A stretch of DNA of 64,000 nt from an uncultured Clostridia bacterium (GTDB taxonomy: Bacteria > Bacillota > Clostridia > TANB77 > CAG-508). Location of the stretch: positions 3,011 through 67,010 of the forward strand of contig CAKPBB010000005.1 of assembly GCA_934140005.1 (NCBI GenBank), read 5' to 3'. This document shows positions 10,352 through 21,545 of the stretch, piece by piece. Made by a program: the position numbers and the translations under genes. The notes below the pieces were generated by a model. That model was given only the letters and a program-made list of their open reading frames with translations. It did not search any database and was not told the DNA's origin. The stretch's first letter is position 1. Each line of letters starts with the position of its first letter.

Positions 10352-11215
10352 TTAGAAATTCAATACATCTTTTACACTTAATATTGGTTCTGCACCTTCT
10401 TTAATCAATTTATTGCAACCAGCAGATTGTTTTGAATATATTCCACCAGGTACAGCATACACATCTTTTCCCTGTTCTAATGCAAAATCAACAGTTATAA
10501 AGCTTCCACTATTTAATCCTGCTTCTACAACAATTATCTTATCACTTATACCACTTATTATTCTATTTCTTGCTGGAAAATGCCATCTTTCTGCATTTGA
10601 ATCTATAGAATATTCAGAAATTACACAACCATCATTTTTTAAAATTTCTTCATATAACTTTATATTTTCTTTTGGATAAATTTTATTATCCCTTATACCA
10701 TTTCCTAAAACAGCAACTGTTTTCTTACATTTTCCAAGTAAAGCTCCAATATGTGAATACTTATCAATTCCATTTGCAAGTCCACTAACAATTCCAATAT
10801 TGTTATTTGATAATTCTCTTGCAATTGATATTGCAACTTTTTTTCCATATTCACTAGCATTCCTACTTCCAACCATTGCTATCATTTCCTCTGATAAAAG
10901 TTTTGTATTTCCCTTTATATATATTACTACTGGTCTATCTTTTATATTCTTTAATTTTTCAGGATAATTATTCTCATTGCAATTATAAATATAGATACTA
11001 TTGTTTTCGATATATTTTAATTCATTTTCTAAATTTATTCTATTTTTCACACTCAAAATTTCAGAAATCTTTTCATTTTCTAAACCAAAATATCTTAAAT
11101 CTTTTTCTGTTAAATTCCATATATTTTTAGGAGTTACAAAATGATTTAATAACTTTAGTTTAGCATTATTTGATAACTTTAACTTTGAAAACCATATATT
11201 ATATTCTTTTTCCAT
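10352..11215 (-). CDS. dprA: DNA processing protein DprA/Smf
   Basis: 287 aa with MVGSRNASEYG, VSGLANGIDKYSH and FPARNRIISG..VVEAGLNSGSFIT motifs. Confidence 0.85.
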   Translation of the reverse strand: MEKEYNIWFSKLKLSNNAKLKLLNHFVTPKNIWNLTEKDLRYFGLENEKISEILSVKNRINLENELKYIENNSIYIYNCNENNYPEKLKNIKDRPVVIYIKGNTKLLSEEMIAMVGSRNASEYGKKVAISIARELSNNNIGIVSGLANGIDKYSHIGALLGKCKKTVAVLGNGIRDNKIYPKENIKLYEEILKNDGCVISEYSIDSNAERWHFPARNRIISGISDKIIVVEAGLNSGSFITVDFALEQGKDVYAVPGGIYSKQSAGCNKLIKEGAEPILSVKDVLNF

Positions 11216-11304
11216 TTAACCGCCTTTTCTCTATACTTTTTCATATAACTAATCTTCATTGGTTAATATTTAATTAAAAAACTTCTAAAAACTTACGTTT
11301 ACCA

Positions 11305-11334
11305 CAAAAAGAGCATAAGTTTAAAACTTATGCC
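11305..11334 (-). terminator. intrinsic terminator after folD
   Basis: Stem GCATAAGT/ACTTATGC (11313..11333) followed on the minus strand by TCTTTTTGT. Confidence 0.6.
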
Positions 11335-11378
11335 CCTTTATTTAATTTTCATAATATTTATAATTTTGTATTTAATTA

Positions 11379-12230
11379 TTATTCTTTAATACTATCTTTA
11401 GCTGCTTTTACAACATTATTTATAAGCATTGCAATTGTCATTGGTCCAACCCCACCTGGAACTGGTGTAATATAGCTAGCTTTTGGAAATATATTTTCAT
11501 AATCTACATCTCCACATAATTTTCCATTATCCAATCTATTTATCCCTACATCAATTACAACAGCACCATCTTTTACCATATCACTAGTAACAAATTTAGG
11601 CTTTCCTATAGCAGCAATTATTATATCTGCATTTTTTGTTATTTCTTTAATATTTTTAGTTTTTGAATGACATACCGTTACTGTTGCATTTTTATTTAGC
11701 ATACATTGTATTAAAGGTTTTCCAACAATATTACTTCTACCTAAAATAACAACATTTTTTCCCTCTGTTTCTATATTATATGCTTCAAGCATTTTAACAA
11801 TTCCATAAGGTGTGCAAGAAATAAATGCATCTAAACCAATTGCTAATTTTCCAACATTTACTGCATTAAATCCATCTACATCTTTTTCTGGTAAAATTCT
11901 TTGAAAAGCTTTTTGAATATCTATATGTTTAGGTATAGGACTTTGTAAGAGTATTCCATGAATACTTTTATCAGCATTCAAATTATCAATTGTTTTTAAA
12001 AGCTTATCTTCTGATGTATTTTCATCAAAAAGAAACTCTTCAAATTCTATCCCTGCTTTTTCGCAAGCTTTTGATTTATTTTTTACATATACCTGTGAAG
12101 CACTATCATTGCCAACCATTACTACAGCTAATTTGGGTACAATACCTTTTTCTTTTAATTTATCTACTTCTACTTTTAATTCTTCTCTAATTTCTTTAGC
12201 AAGCTCTTTGCCATTTATTATTTCTGCCAT
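11379..12230 (-). CDS. folD: bifunctional methylenetetrahydrofolate dehydrogenase/methenyl-THF cyclohydrolase
   Basis: 283 aa with MAEIINGKELAKEIREE.., LAVVMVGNDSASQVYVKNK, GRSNIVGKP and TPVPGGVGPMT. Confidence 0.92.
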   Translation of the reverse strand: MAEIINGKELAKEIREELKVEVDKLKEKGIVPKLAVVMVGNDSASQVYVKNKSKACEKAGIEFEEFLFDENTSEDKLLKTIDNLNADKSIHGILLQSPIPKHIDIQKAFQRILPEKDVDGFNAVNVGKLAIGLDAFISCTPYGIVKMLEAYNIETEGKNVVILGRSNIVGKPLIQCMLNKNATVTVCHSKTKNIKEITKNADIIIAAIGKPKFVTSDMVKDGAVVIDVGINRLDNGKLCGDVDYENIFPKASYITPVPGGVGPMTIAMLINNVVKAAKDSIKE

Positions 12231-12256
12231 TATGTTTTCCTTCCAATATAATTTTA

Positions 12257-13060
12257 TTATCTAAATAAAATACAAGCAATTATTACTATACCAAATATAA
12301 TTCTATAAATAGCAAATACTTTATAACTTCCTTTTTTCAAATAATTTAATAAGAACTTAATTACGAAAAGTCCTACTATAAAACTAGCTAAAATTCCAGC
12401 TACAAAAGCCGCATCAAAGACAAATGAACTGATATTAGCTAAAGCTGCTGCTAAAGTAATTGGTGCTGCAAGCATAAAAGAAAACCTAGCTGCACTTTCT
12501 CTATCTAGTTTAAGCATTCTTCCAACTGTCATTGTAATTCCAGAACGAGAAACTCCTGGAAATGCTGCTGCAATAGCTTGTGAAATACCAATTAAAATTG
12601 ATTGCTTTAATGTGATATCCTCATATTTAACTTCTGATTTTGCTTTTTTATCAACTATGTATAAAACAATACCCATAACAATTAAAGCAACTGCTATAAA
12701 TATCATTTGTACATTCAGATTGTCTCCAATGATTTTTTCGCTTATTTTATCCAATACTAAACTTAAAATTCCTGCTGGAATTGTAGCTGCAACTAAATAC
12801 CAAAATATCTTGCCATCAGTTGAGTCTTCTTTTTTGATAGCCTTTTTATATCCACCAACAATTAAATTTATCCAATCTTTGAAAAAATAAATTCCTATTG
12901 CAAGTAAAGTTCCTATATGTAGTGCCACATCAAAAGATTCTGGCATTTGTTCCCAACCTAATAACCATGGAAAAACATTTAAATGTCCTGAACTTGATAT
13001 TGGTAAAAATTCTGTAAGTCCTTGGACAATTCCTAATATAATAGCATGTATAATACTCAT
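12257..13060 (-). CDS. uppP: undecaprenyl-diphosphate phosphatase
   Basis: 267 aa, polytopic, with GIVQGLTEFLPISSSGH and PGVSRSG motifs of the BacA/UppP family. Confidence 0.9.
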   Translation of the reverse strand: MSIIHAIILGIVQGLTEFLPISSSGHLNVFPWLLGWEQMPESFDVALHIGTLLAIGIYFFKDWINLIVGGYKKAIKKEDSTDGKIFWYLVAATIPAGILSLVLDKISEKIIGDNLNVQMIFIAVALIVMGIVLYIVDKKAKSEVKYEDITLKQSILIGISQAIAAAFPGVSRSGITMTVGRMLKLDRESAARFSFMLAAPITLAAALANISSFVFDAAFVAGILASFIVGLFVIKFLLNYLKKGSYKVFAIYRIIFGIVIIACILFR

Positions 13061-13122
13061 TTTTTTATTCCTTTCTATTGTTCAATTTTATTTATATTCT
13101 TAATTTACTAATGAATATCTTA

Positions 13123-13992
13123 TTAAAGTTCTTTTAAAACATGATATAAAGTTTCCTTTATATAAATAGCAGATGTTAATGGTGCTACTTTTCCTGGTAA
13201 AGATAAAGCCCAAATCAATTTCAAATCTTTTTCTTTAGCTGCTTTTCTATCAACTCCACCTGGATTAGATGCTAAATCTATAATAACTGCATCTTTATTT
13301 ACTAATTCTAATCTATCTTTGTCTAGTATTTGGAATGGAATTGTGCTTATTATTATTTCAAATTCTCCTAAATGTTCATTTAAATTATTTAGATGAATTG
13401 GTTCATATCCATAAGCTTTTATCCAAGCTATATCTTCATTTTTTCTAGCCTCACAATAAACCTTAGCGCCTATTCCGTCAAGCATTTTTGCTAAAACTTT
13501 TCCAATTCTACCAAATCCCATAATTAAGACTTTACTACCATGCAAAGTTTTTTGAGTTTCTTCCATAGCAATTTGAATAGTTCCTTCTGCTGTAGCTATT
13601 GTGTTTAAAACAGTAAATTCTTCTCTTTTTAATAAATCAATATATTGTATATTTGCTTGTTCCAATTTTCTTTTTGTTTCTTCTACAATATTTCCTGCTA
13701 TTAAAGTTTTTCCTGCTATACAAGAAATAAATTCATCAACATTAAGTTTTATATTACTAAATGGCATTGATAAATTTTTTCTATCACTTGATAATGGTAT
13801 CGGTCCTACTACAACCTTTGAATTTTTTACAGTTTCTGTAACTGTTGGACACATTTCAATTTTTTCTATTTTTTGCAAATCTTCTGACATTTCTAGCCCA
13901 TAAGTATAAACTGTATATCCATCTTTTACTAGCATTTCAATAAGTTTAACAATTCGTAGGTCTCCGCCTACAACAGCTATTGATTTTTCCAC
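13123..13992 (-). CDS. dpaA: dipicolinate synthase subunit A
   Basis: 289 aa. IAVVGGDLR N-terminus, TAEGTIQIA, Rossmann GFGRIGK and DLASNPGG are collinear with SpoVFA. Confidence 0.75.
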   Translation of the reverse strand: MEKSIAVVGGDLRIVKLIEMLVKDGYTVYTYGLEMSEDLQKIEKIEMCPTVTETVKNSKVVVGPIPLSSDRKNLSMPFSNIKLNVDEFISCIAGKTLIAGNIVEETKRKLEQANIQYIDLLKREEFTVLNTIATAEGTIQIAMEETQKTLHGSKVLIMGFGRIGKVLAKMLDGIGAKVYCEARKNEDIAWIKAYGYEPIHLNNLNEHLGEFEIIISTIPFQILDKDRLELVNKDAVIIDLASNPGGVDRKAAKEKDLKLIWALSLPGKVAPLTSAIYIKETLYHVLKEL

Positions 13993-14065
13993 TTTACTTT
14001 CATTCCTTTCTATGCTTTTGTATTTATAATATATTATATTTTCTTTTGAATTATTTATGTATCAA

Positions 14066-15406
14066 TTATGATGGTGTTCCATCATCTTCTTGCTTTGTTC
14101 TTTCTATACCTTCTTGGTCTATCGCATTAAGCATTTCTTGATACTCATCTTTTTCTTTCAATTGTTTTAACTTTTCTTGATTTATTATTTCACTAACTCT
14201 TTCTATTGTTCTTTGTCTTGTTGTATTTTCACTTATATCTTGTATTAAAGAATATGTATCTTCCAAATACTCCTGTGTTGCTTTTTCTTGATTTACTAGA
14301 ATATGTGATTCTTCTAATTCTTTTACTTCTTCTTCAATTTCTTTTCTTCTATCTTTTTCTGACTCATCATCCATTTTAACAGAAACAGTTATAAGTTCCT
14401 TTATTTCTTGAAAAGCTTTTTCTTTTGTAGCTCTTTTTAGTAGTCTATGATCTAACTCAATTGATTTATTTAAAAATTCTAAAGCTTTATCTTTTTCACC
14501 TCTTCTTGCATAAATTCTCGCCAATTGATAATAAGACATAGCTTCTAAGTTCTTATCATATAAGCTTTCTTTAAAATATTGTTCCGCCAAATTATATTCT
14601 TTTTCAATTAAAGCTAATTGTCCTAAATTATATTTTGTTCCCCATAGTTTATGATTTATTGACGCAGCTCTTTCATACATATCCTTAGCCATTTGAAAAT
14701 CATTTAATCTTGTATATACAATTCCAAGATTATAATACAATTCAAAATCTGCTGGTCTAAATTTTAAAGCATTCTCATACACACTAGCTGCCTCTTTAAA
14801 CCTTTCTTGTTCACAAAGCATATCTCCTAGTAAACAAGATGCTTCATACATATCTGGTTTATTCCTAACTAATTTTTCAAGCATTTCTATTGCTTCATCT
14901 TTTTTTCCTAAATCTCTTAATAATTCAGAAATTTTATAATATGAATCATAGTCATTCTTTTTTAAATCGATAGCAGTTACATATTCATCAATTGCTTTTC
15001 GCATTCCACCTTCTTTTTCATAAATAACAGCTAATAATTTATGAGCATAATAACTATCTGGATATTTTGAAACAAGCTTGCTTAAAATAGCTTTTGCACC
15101 TTTAGTATCTCCTATAAAATTCAAACAATTTGCCAAAAAAACATTTAAAATTTCTGAAAAATTTATTTCCTTCCATTCTAGATATATAATTAAAACTGGC
15201 AATATAATAGACAACAAATATCGTAAGCTTCTAAAAAAGAAGTTTGCCTTTATTCTTAATTTTATTTCAAAAAAACTAATTGCTATTCCAAATCCCTGCA
15301 ATGTCAATAATATTATATAATTAGAGTCATCTTTTCTGATTATTTTGAAAAAGATAATGATAAATAAGGAAAAAGCTAGTAAACTAAATATTACATTTTC
15401 AAGCAA
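14066..15406 (-). CDS. membrane-anchored TPR-repeat protein
   Basis: 446 aa with N-terminal hydrophobic helices, repeated TPR-like helix pairs (..ALKFRPADFELYYNLGIVYTRLNDFQMAKDMYERA..) and an acidic coiled C-terminus. Confidence 0.7.
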   Translation of the reverse strand: MLENVIFSLLAFSLFIIIFFKIIRKDDSNYIILLTLQGFGIAISFFEIKLRIKANFFFRSLRYLLSIILPVLIIYLEWKEINFSEILNVFLANCLNFIGDTKGAKAILSKLVSKYPDSYYAHKLLAVIYEKEGGMRKAIDEYVTAIDLKKNDYDSYYKISELLRDLGKKDEAIEMLEKLVRNKPDMYEASCLLGDMLCEQERFKEAASVYENALKFRPADFELYYNLGIVYTRLNDFQMAKDMYERAASINHKLWGTKYNLGQLALIEKEYNLAEQYFKESLYDKNLEAMSYYQLARIYARRGEKDKALEFLNKSIELDHRLLKRATKEKAFQEIKELITVSVKMDDESEKDRRKEIEEEVKELEESHILVNQEKATQEYLEDTYSLIQDISENTTRQRTIERVSEIINQEKLKQLKEKDEYQEMLNAIDQEGIERTKQEDDGTPS

Positions 15407-15518
15407 ATTATTTCCTCCATTCCATATTCACATTTTCTTAAACTTTTTTGATTATATCATATAGAATCTTTCAAAACAAGATTTTTAAGCATAAAAAAAC
15501 TCTATTGTTAAATAGAGT

Positions 15519-16472
15519 TTATTTTAAATGTTTCATTGCTTCTGATATTATTGCTTTTTTAGCATCTTCTAAATTCATATTGATTGTTGCCCCAGCAGCT
15601 CTTATATGTCCTCCGCCACCAAACATCATACAAACTTCTGATACATCAACATAATCATTTGATCTAAGTGAAATTTTAAAACCTTTATCTCTTTCATGTA
15701 AAAATATTGATATTTCAACGCCTTGAATATTTCTTCCAATTTCAACTATACCTTCATGGTCTCCAGGTTTCATATTTACTCTTTCATCATCTTCTTTTGT
15801 TATATATGTAAATGCAATTTTTCCATCAGCAAAAAATTCTAATCTATCCATTGCCATTTTCTGAATTTCAAATTTAGCAGGTGTCATAATCATCATTGAT
15901 TCTCTATATATTTTAGAAACATTAACACCTTTTGATAATGCCCAAGCTGCAAATTCAAATGTTTCAGTTGTAATATTACTATTTCTAAAACCATTAGTAT
16001 CTGTAATAATTCCTGTTAATAAACAAGAAGCAATATCTTTTGTTATCTCAATATTTAAATATTCAAAACTTGAAACTAAAATTTGAGCACAAGCTGGTGA
16101 AACTTGGTCAGCTATATTATAATCTGCAAACATTGCATTTTTTCCATGATGGTCAAATTCTACTGTTACTTTTGCATTTTCAAAATACTTATGAAAAATA
16201 CTATTTACTCTTTTTAATTCTGGACAATCTACAACAATTGCCATATCATATTCTTCTAAGCTTCCTTCAGTTTTTATATTTTCAACTCCAGGTAAGAAAT
16301 TAAAATTTGCTGGGTATTCCTTCATTATAACTTCTGCTTTTTTTCCCATATTTTGAAGTGCTAAGCACATGCCTAAACTGCTTCCAACTGCATCTCCGTC
16401 AGGGCTTTCATGTGCTAAAATAACAAATGTTTCTGCATTATTTATCTCTTTTAAAATCTCATCTAATGTCAT
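15519..16472 (-). CDS. nrnA: DHH-family phosphoesterase (NrnA-like oligoribonuclease/pAp phosphatase)
   Basis: 317 aa with HESPDGDAVGS, DHH (FDHHG) and the DHHA1 GGGGH motif. Lies directly downstream of rbfA, as in other Firmicutes. Confidence 0.8.
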   Translation of the reverse strand: MTLDEILKEINNAETFVILAHESPDGDAVGSSLGMCLALQNMGKKAEVIMKEYPANFNFLPGVENIKTEGSLEEYDMAIVVDCPELKRVNSIFHKYFENAKVTVEFDHHGKNAMFADYNIADQVSPACAQILVSSFEYLNIEITKDIASCLLTGIITDTNGFRNSNITTETFEFAAWALSKGVNVSKIYRESMMIMTPAKFEIQKMAMDRLEFFADGKIAFTYITKEDDERVNMKPGDHEGIVEIGRNIQGVEISIFLHERDKGFKISLRSNDYVDVSEVCMMFGGGGHIRAAGATINMNLEDAKKAIISEAMKHLK

Positions 16473-16850
16473 CTATTTGTCTCCTTCTTCATTTTTCTTT
16501 AAATCTTTTGTAATATTTTTTAAAATTTCATCAATTCTAGAACCATATTCTAATGACTCATCAAATTCAAATATCAATTCTGGAGTTGTTCTTAAGTTTA
16601 CTCTTTTTGCAACTTCACTTCTAATATATCCACTTGATTGTTTAAGAATTTTAAGATTTTCTTTTTTGCTCTTTTCATTTATCATACTAACATATACTTT
16701 TGCAAATCTTAAATCAGGTGTTGTTTTAACTCCTGTTACACTTATAAGTCCTGTTAAATGAGGATTTTTTAATTCTAAAGAAATTATATTGCTAATTTCT
16801 TTTTTTAATTCCTCATCAACTTTATACATTCTATTACTCTTACTTGGCAT
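16473..16850 (-). CDS. rbfA: ribosome-binding factor A
   Basis: ORF 16473..16871 trimmed to MPSKSNRMYKVDEELKKEISNII, a typical RbfA N-terminus. Also has LISVTGVKTTPDLRFAKVYVS. Confidence 0.85.
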   Translation of the reverse strand: MPSKSNRMYKVDEELKKEISNIISLELKNPHLTGLISVTGVKTTPDLRFAKVYVSMINEKSKKENLKILKQSSGYIRSEVAKRVNLRTTPELIFEFDESLEYGSRIDEILKNITKDLKKNEEGDK

Positions 16851-16880
16851 ATATTTACATATATAGAACATAATCTAAAT

Positions 16881-16913
16881 CTTAATATACTAGGAAGTCC
16901 CTAGTATATTAAG
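16881..16913 (-). terminator. strong hairpin between infB and rbfA (attenuator or processing site)
   Basis: 14-bp perfect stem CTTAATATACTAGG / CCTAGTATATTAAG with a 5-nt loop. There is no clean U-tract, so function is uncertain. Confidence 0.4.
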
Positions 16914-16962
16914 ACAAATATTTTAATTATACTAGTTCTATATAATTTCTCCTTTCTTAGAA

Positions 16963-19800
16963 CTATTTTACTTCTTCCATAACATAAACTTCTAAAATAT
17001 CATCTTCTTTTATGTCATTGAATTTTTCAATTTGTAAACCACATTCATATCCTGTTGATACTTCTTTAACATCATCTTTAAATCTTTTTAAAGATATAAG
17101 TTTTCCATCATGTATAACTATATTATCACGAATTATACGAATTCCAGCATTTCTAGAAACTTTACCACTAGTTACATAAGCACCAGCAATTGTTCCAACA
17201 TTTGAAACTTTGAATGTTTGTCTTACTTGAGCTGTACCAATTACAACTTCTTTGTAAACTGGGTCTAGTAATCCCTTCATTGCAGCTTCAACATCATTTA
17301 TTGCATCATAAATTACAGAATATGTTTTAATTTCAACTTTTTCTTTATCTGCTATTGATTTTGCAAGTAATCCAGGTCTTACATTAAATGCAATAATAAT
17401 TGCATTTGATACTTTTGCAAGTGTTACATCTGATTCTGTAACTCCACCAACATTTGAATGAATTACTGATACTTTTACTTCATTATTAGATAGTTTTTCT
17501 AATGATTGTTTTAAAGCTTCAACAGAACCTTGAACATCTGCTTTTACAATTAAGTTCAATTGTTTTAAGTTTTCACTTTCAATCTTATTAAATAAATCAT
17601 CTAATGTTACTGCGCTACTCTTTGAAAGTTCTTTTTCTCTTTCTTCAATTCTTCTCTTTTCAATTAAATGTTTAGCAGTTTTTTCATCTTTAACCTCATA
17701 GAATATATCTCCAGATTGAGGTACTGATGTTAGACCTGTAATCTCAACTGGTGTTGATGGTCCTGCTGATTTTACTTTTTTACCTTTATAGTCTTGCATT
17801 GTACGAATTCTACCAATTGTTGAACCAACAATAATTGTATCTCCAACATCTAGTTTTCCTCTTTGTACAAGCATAGTTGCAACTGGTCCTTTATTCTTAT
17901 CTAGTTTTGCTTCGATAACAGTACCTTTTGCTTGTTTATTTGGATTAGCTTTTAACTCTAACATATCAGCTTCTAGTAATACCATTTCTAATAAGTTATC
18001 AATACCTTCATGCTTTTTAGCAGATATTGGAACATATATTGTAGAGCCACCCCATTCTTCTGGTACTAACTCATATTTCATCAATTCTTGTTGTACTTTT
18101 TCAAAGTTAGCATCTGGTAAATCCATCTTATTTACAGCAACTATAATTGGGATATTAGCTGCTTTAGCATGGTTAATAGCTTCAACAGTTTGAGGCATTA
18201 CACCATCATTTGCTGCAACAACTAGTATAGCAATATCTGTAATCATAGCACCTCTTGCACGCATACTTGTAAAAGCTTCGTGTCCTGGTGTATCTAAGAA
18301 AGTAATATCTCTTCCATTTATTTTTACTTGATAAGCACCTATATGTTGTGTAATACCACCAGATTCACCTTCAATTACATTAGTACTACGAATTGCATCT
18401 AATAAAGAAGTTTTTCCATGATCTACGTGTCCCATTACAACTATAACAGGTGGTCTTGTTTGTAATTCTTCTTCTTTATCCTCTGTTTCATCGATTAAGA
18501 TATCTTCATCTGTAACAATATTTTTCTTTGTTGCATTTATTCCATATTCTTGAGCTATTAAATATGCTGTATCAAAATCTAATTCATTATTGATAGTAGC
18601 CATAATTCCTAAATTTAATAATTTCTTAATTACATCACTACTTGTAATCTTCATTTCAGAAGCTAAGTCTTTTACTGTTATTGTTTCAGGAATTGTTATT
18701 TCTGTAAGTTTAAATATTTTTTGCTTATTTCTCTTTTCATTTTTTTGAAGCTTCTTTTTACTTCTTCTACCTCTTTCTGTACTTAAATCATAATAGTCTA
18801 GCATGTCTCCTTCACTAAACATATTAGATAATTTATTTTGTTTCTTTAAACTCTTTAATTTTCCTGAATCAAAATCATTTGAATCATTTTTCTTTGTTTT
18901 TTTAGGTTTTTGTTCTTCTTGTTTTTGATTTTGTTTCATTTTTTCTTTAACTTTATTGCCATATTCCCTAACATTTTCTTTTTCAGGAATCTCTACTTCT
19001 ATAATATCTTTAATCTTTCTTTCAATTCCTCTTTCATTGCTTCTCTCATTTAAATCACGTCTTTGACCATTTCTATTATCATTTCTATTTTCATTTCTGA
19101 AACCATTATTTCTTCTTTGATTATTGAAGTTATTACCTTGTTCATTATTTTTATTATAACCATTATTATTTCTATTATAATTATTTCTATGAGAAAAACC
19201 ATTATCTCTTCTATCGTTATTGTAGTTTCTTTCTCCATTATTATTTCTGTCATTGTTATAATTTCTTCCAAAGTTTCTGTTGTTTTGTGAGTAAGGTTGT
19301 TTTCTATCATCAAATCTTTTTTCTTCATTTCTTCTTTCTTCTGGTTTCTTCTCAGTTGTTTTTGTTTCTACTTTTTCTTCACTCACTACAGATTTAGGTT
19401 TTACTTCTGCTGTAACTTTTTCAATTACTTTTTCTTCAACTTTTTTAGTTTCTGTAGCTTTTTCTACTTTCTCTACTTTTTCAACTTTAACTTCTTTTTT
19501 CTCTACAACTTTTTCTTTTTTTGGTTCTTCTTTCTTTTTTAATCCAAATAATTCATCTACTGTTAATGGTTTTGTAGGTTTGTTTCTATATACTATATTA
19601 AAATCTTTATTTCTATTTTTCTCTACAAATCCTACTTCTTTACTTCTTGCTTGTTCTCTTTTTCTTTTATCTTCTTCTAATCTTTTTTGTTCTTCATCTT
19701 CATTTACAGTTACAGACCTTCTGATAATAAATGGTTGCTCTGAATTCTTTTTTTCTTTTTTATTTTCCATAGACTCTGTTCTTGAAACTCCTTTAATCAA
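16963..19800 (-). CDS. infB: translation initiation factor IF-2
   Basis: 945 aa with G-domain [13 protein letters not shown] and NKMD. The N-terminus is long, Lys/Glu-rich and Asn/Arg-rich. Start is TTG at 19800 or ATG at 19770. Confidence 0.95.
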   Translation of the reverse strand: MIKGVSRTESMENKKEKKNSEQPFIIRRSVTVNEDEEQKRLEEDKRKREQARSKEVGFVEKNRNKDFNIVYRNKPTKPLTVDELFGLKKKEEPKKEKVVEKKEVKVEKVEKVEKATETKKVEEKVIEKVTAEVKPKSVVSEEKVETKTTEKKPEERRNEEKRFDDRKQPYSQNNRNFGRNYNNDRNNNGERNYNNDRRDNGFSHRNNYNRNNNGYNKNNEQGNNFNNQRRNNGFRNENRNDNRNGQRRDLNERSNERGIERKIKDIIEVEIPEKENVREYGNKVKEKMKQNQKQEEQKPKKTKKNDSNDFDSGKLKSLKKQNKLSNMFSEGDMLDYYDLSTERGRRSKKKLQKNEKRNKQKIFKLTEITIPETITVKDLASEMKITSSDVIKKLLNLGIMATINNELDFDTAYLIAQEYGINATKKNIVTDEDILIDETEDKEEELQTRPPVIVVMGHVDHGKTSLLDAIRSTNVIEGESGGITQHIGAYQVKINGRDITFLDTPGHEAFTSMRARGAMITDIAILVVAANDGVMPQTVEAINHAKAANIPIIVAVNKMDLPDANFEKVQQELMKYELVPEEWGGSTIYVPISAKKHEGIDNLLEMVLLEADMLELKANPNKQAKGTVIEAKLDKNKGPVATMLVQRGKLDVGDTIIVGSTIGRIRTMQDYKGKKVKSAGPSTPVEITGLTSVPQSGDIFYEVKDEKTAKHLIEKRRIEEREKELSKSSAVTLDDLFNKIESENLKQLNLIVKADVQGSVEALKQSLEKLSNNEVKVSVIHSNVGGVTESDVTLAKVSNAIIIAFNVRPGLLAKSIADKEKVEIKTYSVIYDAINDVEAAMKGLLDPVYKEVVIGTAQVRQTFKVSNVGTIAGAYVTSGKVSRNAGIRIIRDNIVIHDGKLISLKRFKDDVKEVSTGYECGLQIEKFNDIKEDDILEVYVMEEVK

Positions 19801-19813
19801 ATTTTCTAACTTA

Positions 19814-20122
19814 TTACTCTTCTCTTATGTATTTATTTTTAATAGCTTCAGCAAAATTTTTATCTTCTATTGCTATTATTGCTTTATTAACTTTTCCAAT
19901 TGCTTTACTATTATCAAATATTGTTCCGAAAATCATATATGGTATATTTTTTTTATTTGCAATATCAATTATTTTCTTTTTACTTTTCTCTGATGTATCT
20001 TCTGCAATTATAATCAATTTTACTTTTTGCTTTGCTATTTTATCAAGTACTGCTTCTGTTCCAAATGAAACTTTTCCAGCTCTTGTACACAATCCTAATA
20101 AACCATATATCTTATTTTCCAT
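19814..20122 (-). CDS. ylxQ: L7Ae-family RNA-binding protein YlxQ
   Basis: 102 aa with [30 protein letters not shown], in the conserved position between ylxR and infB. Confidence 0.8.
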   Translation of the reverse strand: MENKIYGLLGLCTRAGKVSFGTEAVLDKIAKQKVKLIIIAEDTSEKSKKKIIDIANKKNIPYMIFGTIFDNSKAIGKVNKAIIAIEDKNFAEAIKNKYIREE

Positions 20123-20372
20123 TGATTGTACTCCTTATTTCTTCGTAAAATTCATTTTGAACAGGAATTTCTAAAATTCTTTCTAATCTTTTAGATTTTA
20201 TAAGTTTATTTAAGCAATTTTCGTTTTTACAAATATATGCTCCTCGGCCATTTTTCTTTCCTGTTAAATCTATTTCTATATTGCCTTCGACTGTTCTTAC
20301 TATTCTTAATAAGTCATTCTTTTCTTTTTGTTCATTGCAAGAAATACATCTTCTTAATGGTTGTTTTTTCAA
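20112..20372 (-). CDS. ylxR: YlxR/RnpM (DUF448) RNA-binding protein
   Basis: 86 aa with PLRRCISCNEQKEKNDLLRIVR..GRGAYIC, downstream of nusA. Confidence 0.8.
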   Translation of the reverse strand: MKKQPLRRCISCNEQKEKNDLLRIVRTVEGNIEIDLTGKKNGRGAYICKNENCLNKLIKSKRLERILEIPVQNEFYEEIRSTINGK

Positions 20373-20400
20373 AATTTCCCTCTCCTAAATAATATAAATA

Positions 20401-21528
20401 TTATTCTTCTACATTCTCATTTTCTTCATTTACATCTTCTGATGTTTCATTTTCTTCATTAGCTTTTTGAGCTAACATTTCTCTAAATTGTGATTCTGAT
20501 TTAATATCTATTTTCCAATTAGTTAATTTTGCTGCTAATCTTGCATTTTGTCCAGATTTTCCTATTGCTAATGATAATTGATCATCTGGAACTATAACTT
20601 GTGCAAATTTTTCCTCTTCTTTTGCATCAACTGCCATAACTTGTGCTGGTAATAATGCAGCAGCAATATATATTGATGGATCTTCATTCCACTCAATAAC
20701 ATCAATTTTTTCACCGTGTAATTCATTGATAATATTTTGAATTCTTACACCTTTTTGTCCAACACAAGAACCTACTGGATCTATATTTTCATTTTTTGAA
20801 TAAACTGCAACTTTACTTCTTGAACCAGCATCTCTTGAAACACTTTTAATTTCGATTAGACCTTCATAAATTTCTGGTATTTCAAATTCAAATAATTTTC
20901 TTACAAAATCAGGATGACTTCTTGAAACTATTACTTGTGGATTGCCTTTTATTTCTTTTTTTACAGATACAACATATCCTCTAATTTTATCATTTACTTT
21001 ATAATGTTCTGTTGGCACTTGCTCTTTTGCTGTCATTATACCTTCTAATTTTCCTAAATCTAAAACAACTAATCCATCATCTACTTTTTGAATAATACCT
21101 GTAACAATTTCACCTGTTTTATCATGATATTCATTATATATGATATCTCTTTCTGCTTCTCTTATTTTTTGTACTACAACTTGCTTTGCAGTTTGTGCTG
21201 CAATTCTACCAAAGTCTTTTGGTACGATTTCCAAATCAACTGTTTCTCCAATTTCAGCTTTAGGATTGATTTGTCTAGCTTCATCAATACTTATTTCTAA
21301 TAATGGATCTTCTGATTTTTCAACAACTTCTCTTACAGAATAAATATGAATATCTCCTGTTTCTTGATTGATTGTAACCTTAACATTATCAACTGAATCA
21401 AAGTTTTTCTTATATGCTGAAACTAAAGCTCCTTCTAATGATTCAATAAGATAATCCTTCTTTATTCCCCTTTCTTTTTCTAGTTCGTCCATTGCTCCAA
21501 TTAGTTCTTTAACATCAATGTTCTTCAT
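20401..21528 (-). CDS. nusA: transcription termination/antitermination factor NusA
   Basis: ORF trimmed to MKNIDVKELIGAMDELEKERGI, with GGGAGG 11 nt upstream. S1 and KH domain blocks are present (GSCVGQKGVRIQNI, AIGKSGQNARLA). Confidence 0.95.
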   Translation of the reverse strand: MKNIDVKELIGAMDELEKERGIKKDYLIESLEGALVSAYKKNFDSVDNVKVTINQETGDIHIYSVREVVEKSEDPLLEISIDEARQINPKAEIGETVDLEIVPKDFGRIAAQTAKQVVVQKIREAERDIIYNEYHDKTGEIVTGIIQKVDDGLVVLDLGKLEGIMTAKEQVPTEHYKVNDKIRGYVVSVKKEIKGNPQVIVSRSHPDFVRKLFEFEIPEIYEGLIEIKSVSRDAGSRSKVAVYSKNENIDPVGSCVGQKGVRIQNIINELHGEKIDVIEWNEDPSIYIAAALLPAQVMAVDAKEEEKFAQVIVPDDQLSLAIGKSGQNARLAAKLTNWKIDIKSESQFREMLAQKANEENETSEDVNEENENVEE

Positions 21529-21545
21529 TTTTCTAAATTCCTCCC

